64,000 bases of DNA from Eledone cirrhosa (Eukaryota). The stretch is from NCBI GenBank assembly GCA_964016885.1, contig OZ024750.1, positions 7,502,001 to 7,566,000 on the forward strand, written 5' to 3'. The notes under the pieces were generated by a model. It did not search any database. It worked only from the letters and a program-made list of their open reading frames with translations, and was not told the DNA's origin. Below are positions 59,097-64,000 of this stretch, piece after piece (positions within the stretch are counted from its first letter, which is position 1; every line of letters starts with the position of its first letter). The position numbers and the translations under genes were made by a program.

Positions 59097-59210
59097 CTTT
59101 AAAATGGTAGTAGAAAATACATGCTATGATAAAGTCAGAAGTTCATAAGTTGTACAATAGGAGTTGTTTTGATTGGTCGAAAAGATCATAGGGATGTATT
59201 GGCCTGTAGA

Positions 59211-59333
<123 letters not shown>

Positions 59334-59857
59334 TATGTATGTGTGTGTGTGTGTATGTGTGTGTGTTCACATGTTTGTTTATACATAAAATATTAATACT
59401 TTTAGTTTGAGATTTTTGCTATCTTTTTTGTCGAAAATATAAGCTAGACCTCTCTTAGACATGCAAGCATTGCATACATATATACATACATACACACACA
59501 TGCATGCATACATACATACATACACATACATGCATACATACATACACACATACATACATACACATGCATACATATATACGCACACATACATACATATATA
59601 CACACACATATATATATATACATACTTATGTACATATATATATATAGATATATGCATGTACGTCTCTCTCTCTCTCTGTATACACACACACAATCACACA
59701 CACACACAAACATATATATATATATATATGCATACATCTCTCTCTCTTTCTCTCTCTGTATATATATATATATATATACACACGCAGACACACACATATA
59801 TATATATACATCTCTCTCTCTTTCTCTCTCTGTATATATATATATATACATATATAT

Positions 59858-59888
<31 letters not shown>

Positions 59889-60034
59889 CATCTCTCTCTC
59901 TTTCTCTCTCTCTACATATATATATATTTACATGCATACATACATTTGTATGTATGGATGTATATATGTATGCATGTATGAGTGTATTTACAAACATTAT
60001 ACGCCATTACATATACACACACACACACAATCAT

Positions 60035-60118
<84 letters not shown>

Positions 60119-60505
60119 ATAAACACACTCCAAAAAGCCACTGTGTTTCCGAGTTTTAACAGAACAGGCGACAAATGGAAACTTCACCGATTTATTGTGT
60201 TTAAATAATAAATAGGAAAGTTATTATTAACACAGAGCAATGGTCTGGATAACCTTAACTTCTATGGCATGTAATACATCACCCCTGGTCAATGGAATAA
60301 TTCCTCAACAGATGGTTAACGCTGTTAAAAGCCCTCTAGCAAAACTCTACACCACTTATCTCTTCATATCCTTCCGGTCCCAACTAGTTCTCTATACAAA
60401 AATCTATGTAAAACAAATATATGATCAAATCATAAAATAATATTTTTTTTTTTTTTTTAACTAAAATACATCAAGAAAATGAACAATATTGTCTTGTATA
60501 AAAGA

Positions 60506-61360
<855 letters not shown>

Positions 61361-61758
61361 TTGATGTGTAAAGTATGTGTATGAATCGCCGTGTCGTTTG
61401 CTGGTAATTGTTTGAGAGTGGCTATTTATAAATTTAGAGAGGCGTATGCGACTTCGAGTCGTTTAGAAAAAGGTTGTAAGATTGACAATTAAGACTATGA
61501 TGAATGATGTAGTATGGAAAGAAGATAAACTTTGCAGAGACAACGATCTGGTTTCGCTTCTCAAGTCAGTCAGCGTTTCGTTTTACATCTCATAAGATGT
61601 GACGTTCATACAGTGTGGGCTTTACCATTATGCTTCGGTGAGATTAAGGAGAGGCCTATCTTCCTGCCCCACCAACATTTTTACCGCCTTCAGAGCCCAA
61701 GTAAGGGCCTTATAACTTAACTAGTACAGGTCCTCATTTGTTCTAAATCCGGCACTGC

Positions 61759-61960
61759 GGGCGGTGGATTGGCAGTATCGGTAGAGGGTCAGACGCCCTG
61801 CTTTGCAAGCAAAGAATTATGGCCCTTTATGGTCTGAGTTCAAATCCCGCCGAGGTTAACTTTGCCTTTCATCCTTACGGGATCGATAAAATAAAGTACC
61901 AGTGATATACTGGGATAATTGCTGGCCTTGTGCCAAAAGTAGAAACAATTATTATTATTA
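61759..61960 (+). mobile_element. Young SINE, full length
   Basis: A/B boxes, core and (ATT)n tail. Confidence 0.93.
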
Positions 61961-61981
61961 TTTTTATTTTCCCATAAGATA

Positions 61982-62176
61982 GGGTAATGGTAAAGACCCC
62001 CTTCCGTCATGAATGACCATGGGACTTTCACCTAGAAAGTTCCTCTCCGAGGCCCATGTCCGGGGCAAGGTTGTTTTGTGGAAGACCAGCAGTCGTCCAT
62101 GTATACCAGCCCCCACTCTTTACGCCACCGATGTTGTCCAGGGGCAGGGCAAAGGCTGATACAGCTTGGCACCTGC
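61982..62176 (-). mobile_element. RTE-related non-autonomous repeat fragment
   Basis: gaagaccagcagtcgtccatgtataccagcc..cgccaccgatgttgtcca..gatacagcttggcacc resembles RTE 5'-derived bodies (recognition from memory). Confidence 0.5.
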
Positions 62177-62640
62177 AACAGCAGCACCACCACCACCACC
62201 ACTACCACCACCACTACCACCACCACCACTACCACCACCACTACCACCACCACCACCACCACCAAAAGCAACAACAGCAGCAGCAGCACCACCAGCACCA
62301 GCAGCACCACCACCACCACCAAAAGCAACAACAGCAGCAGCAGCAGCAGCACCACCACCACCACCACCACTACCAGCACCACCACTACCACCACCACCAA
62401 AAGCAACAACAACAGCAGCAGCACCACCACCACCACCACCACCACCAGCACCACGACCACGACGACGACGACCACCACCACCACCACCATTATTACCACC
62501 ACCACGAATAGCAACAACAGCAGAAGCAACAGCAGCACCACCACCACCACCACCACCACCACCACCACCACCAACAATAGCAACAAAAACAACAACAGCA
62601 ACAATAGCAGCAACAACAAAGAAGAGCAGCAGCAACAGCA
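62177..62640. repeat. (CAC/CAG/CAA)n complex microsatellite
   Basis: Directly visible. Confidence 0.95.
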
Positions 62641-63289
62641 AAAAATAACCTTTAAAAAAATGTGCAAACGGTTTCTTTATCTTACGATGTTAATGTCGTC
62701 TGCTAAATACAAAATTTCCAGCAGCAAAAAAAAAAAAAAAAACTAAAAAAAGTAAAACTAAAAATAATCAAGAAAAAATAAATCAAACTCATCTAATTTA
62801 ATCTTCTTCTCTGTTGTTCATATTGTGAATTTAGATCAATAGAATACAAAAGACAATAAACTACTATTAGTATTTCCTTTCATTAGTGTCATTTATTCTT
62901 TACTTGTTACCAAATAATCATCATTCAGACAGCAAACCTTTCAATGTATGATTATTAAGTGTCGTATACCTCTAAATATGTAAACATTGACCTATGTTGT
63001 TACCGTGAAACAGAAGAATGTTTTAAACTGGTTAGTTAGTTGGTTGGCTGGTTGGTTGGTTGGTTGATCGATTGACCGAATGATTATTTGATTGATTTTG
63101 ATTGAGTTTAATGTAGTTCCTGCCAATTGTCTATCTTTTACGAGACACATTTAAATGTCCTCGAGTATTCAGCAAATATTACGTTATATAGCCTACTGTA
63201 TTAATTACAGTTAGTCAACGTATAAAGAAATAACTGTTAATAACATCTATGTGGAGGAGATGCCATGATATGTTTAACACTACATTAAA

Positions 63290-63800
63290 GTCTACAGCAT
63301 ATAAAGTTTACATACCACACTGTACAGTATATAAAGTTTACATACCACAGTGTAACAGTATATATAATGTATATACTACAGTGTACAGTATATATAGTAT
63401 ATACTATATACTACAGTGTTCAGTATATATAGTGTATATACTACAGTGTACCGTATATATAGTATATATACTACAATGTACAGTATATAGAGTATATATA
63501 CGACACTGTACAGTATATAGAGTATATATACTACAATATACAGCATATATAGTATATATACTAGATTATACAGTATATATAGTCTATATACTACAGTGTA
63601 ATATATATATATAATATATATACTACAGTATACAATATATATAATATATATACTACAGTATACAATATATATAATATATATACTACAGTATACAATATAT
63701 ATAATATATATACTACAGTATACAATATATATAATATATATACTACAGTATACAATATATAATATATATACTAAAGTGTATAACATATAAAGTGTATAAT
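63290..63800. repeat. About 30-bp minisatellite (tactacagtatacaatatatataatatata and variants)
   Basis: Directly visible. Confidence 0.9.
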
Positions 63801-63824
63801 ATATAAAGTATACAACATATAAAA

Positions 63825-63892
63825 AGAAGATCCCGTTAAGGGTGAAAGCAGCGATTCTTTGCTTAAACTTTAATCTGTTATTTTAATAAATA
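63825..63892 (+). mobile_element. Identical copy of the 29853-29920 HHR arm
   Basis: agaagatcccgttaagggtgaaagcagcgattctttgcttaaactttaatctgttattttaataaata. Confidence 0.92.
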
Positions 63893-63904
63893 TATATATA
63901 TATA

Positions 63905-63971
63905 TTAAAGAAATTATTTAGCCTGATAGTGGGGTTCTTAACCCCACTATCAGGCTAAATAATTTTTTTAA
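63905..63971. repeat. Palindrome (32-bp arms, 3-nt loop) abutting (TA)n
   Basis: attatttagcctgatagtggggtt ctt aaccccactatcaggctaaataat. Confidence 0.88.
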
Positions 63972-64000
63972 TTTCTTTAGTCAAAATACGGCGATAGCTT

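Overview
AT-rich, microsatellite-saturated, non-coding eukaryotic DNA. The SINE families look like those of an octopus or other coleoid cephalopod; this is inferred from repeat content only. There is one 200-N gap (48769-48968). I can support no host protein-coding exon, and almost all ORFs in the track are translations of (TA)n, (CA)n, (TTG)n or (CAC)n repeats. Recognisable content: about 15 copies of a young tRNA-derived SINE with an (ATT)n tail, older SINEs, 3' fragments of RTE, Tx1/L1-like and R4/Dong LINEs, bipartite RTE derivatives and several minisatellites. Main observation: many short (40-550 bp) unique islands wedged between (TA)n arrays carry minimal type-I hammerhead ribozymes (HHR). 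I found about 8 complete or near-complete folds and about 10 halves or decayed copies, from at least 8 sequence families that look unrelated by eye. Many sit in asymmetric head-to-head palindromes: (TA)n - short inverted arm - loop - full arm - unique 3' tail - (TA)n. This fits non-autonomous or 5'-truncated Penelope-like (PLE) or retrozyme-type retroelements that target TA microsatellites. Two families carry the compensatory U3-A8 core, three show a U.U pair at the base of stem II, and several tails share a GTATTGAGTAC motif. All folds were made by eye and ribozyme activity is untested.
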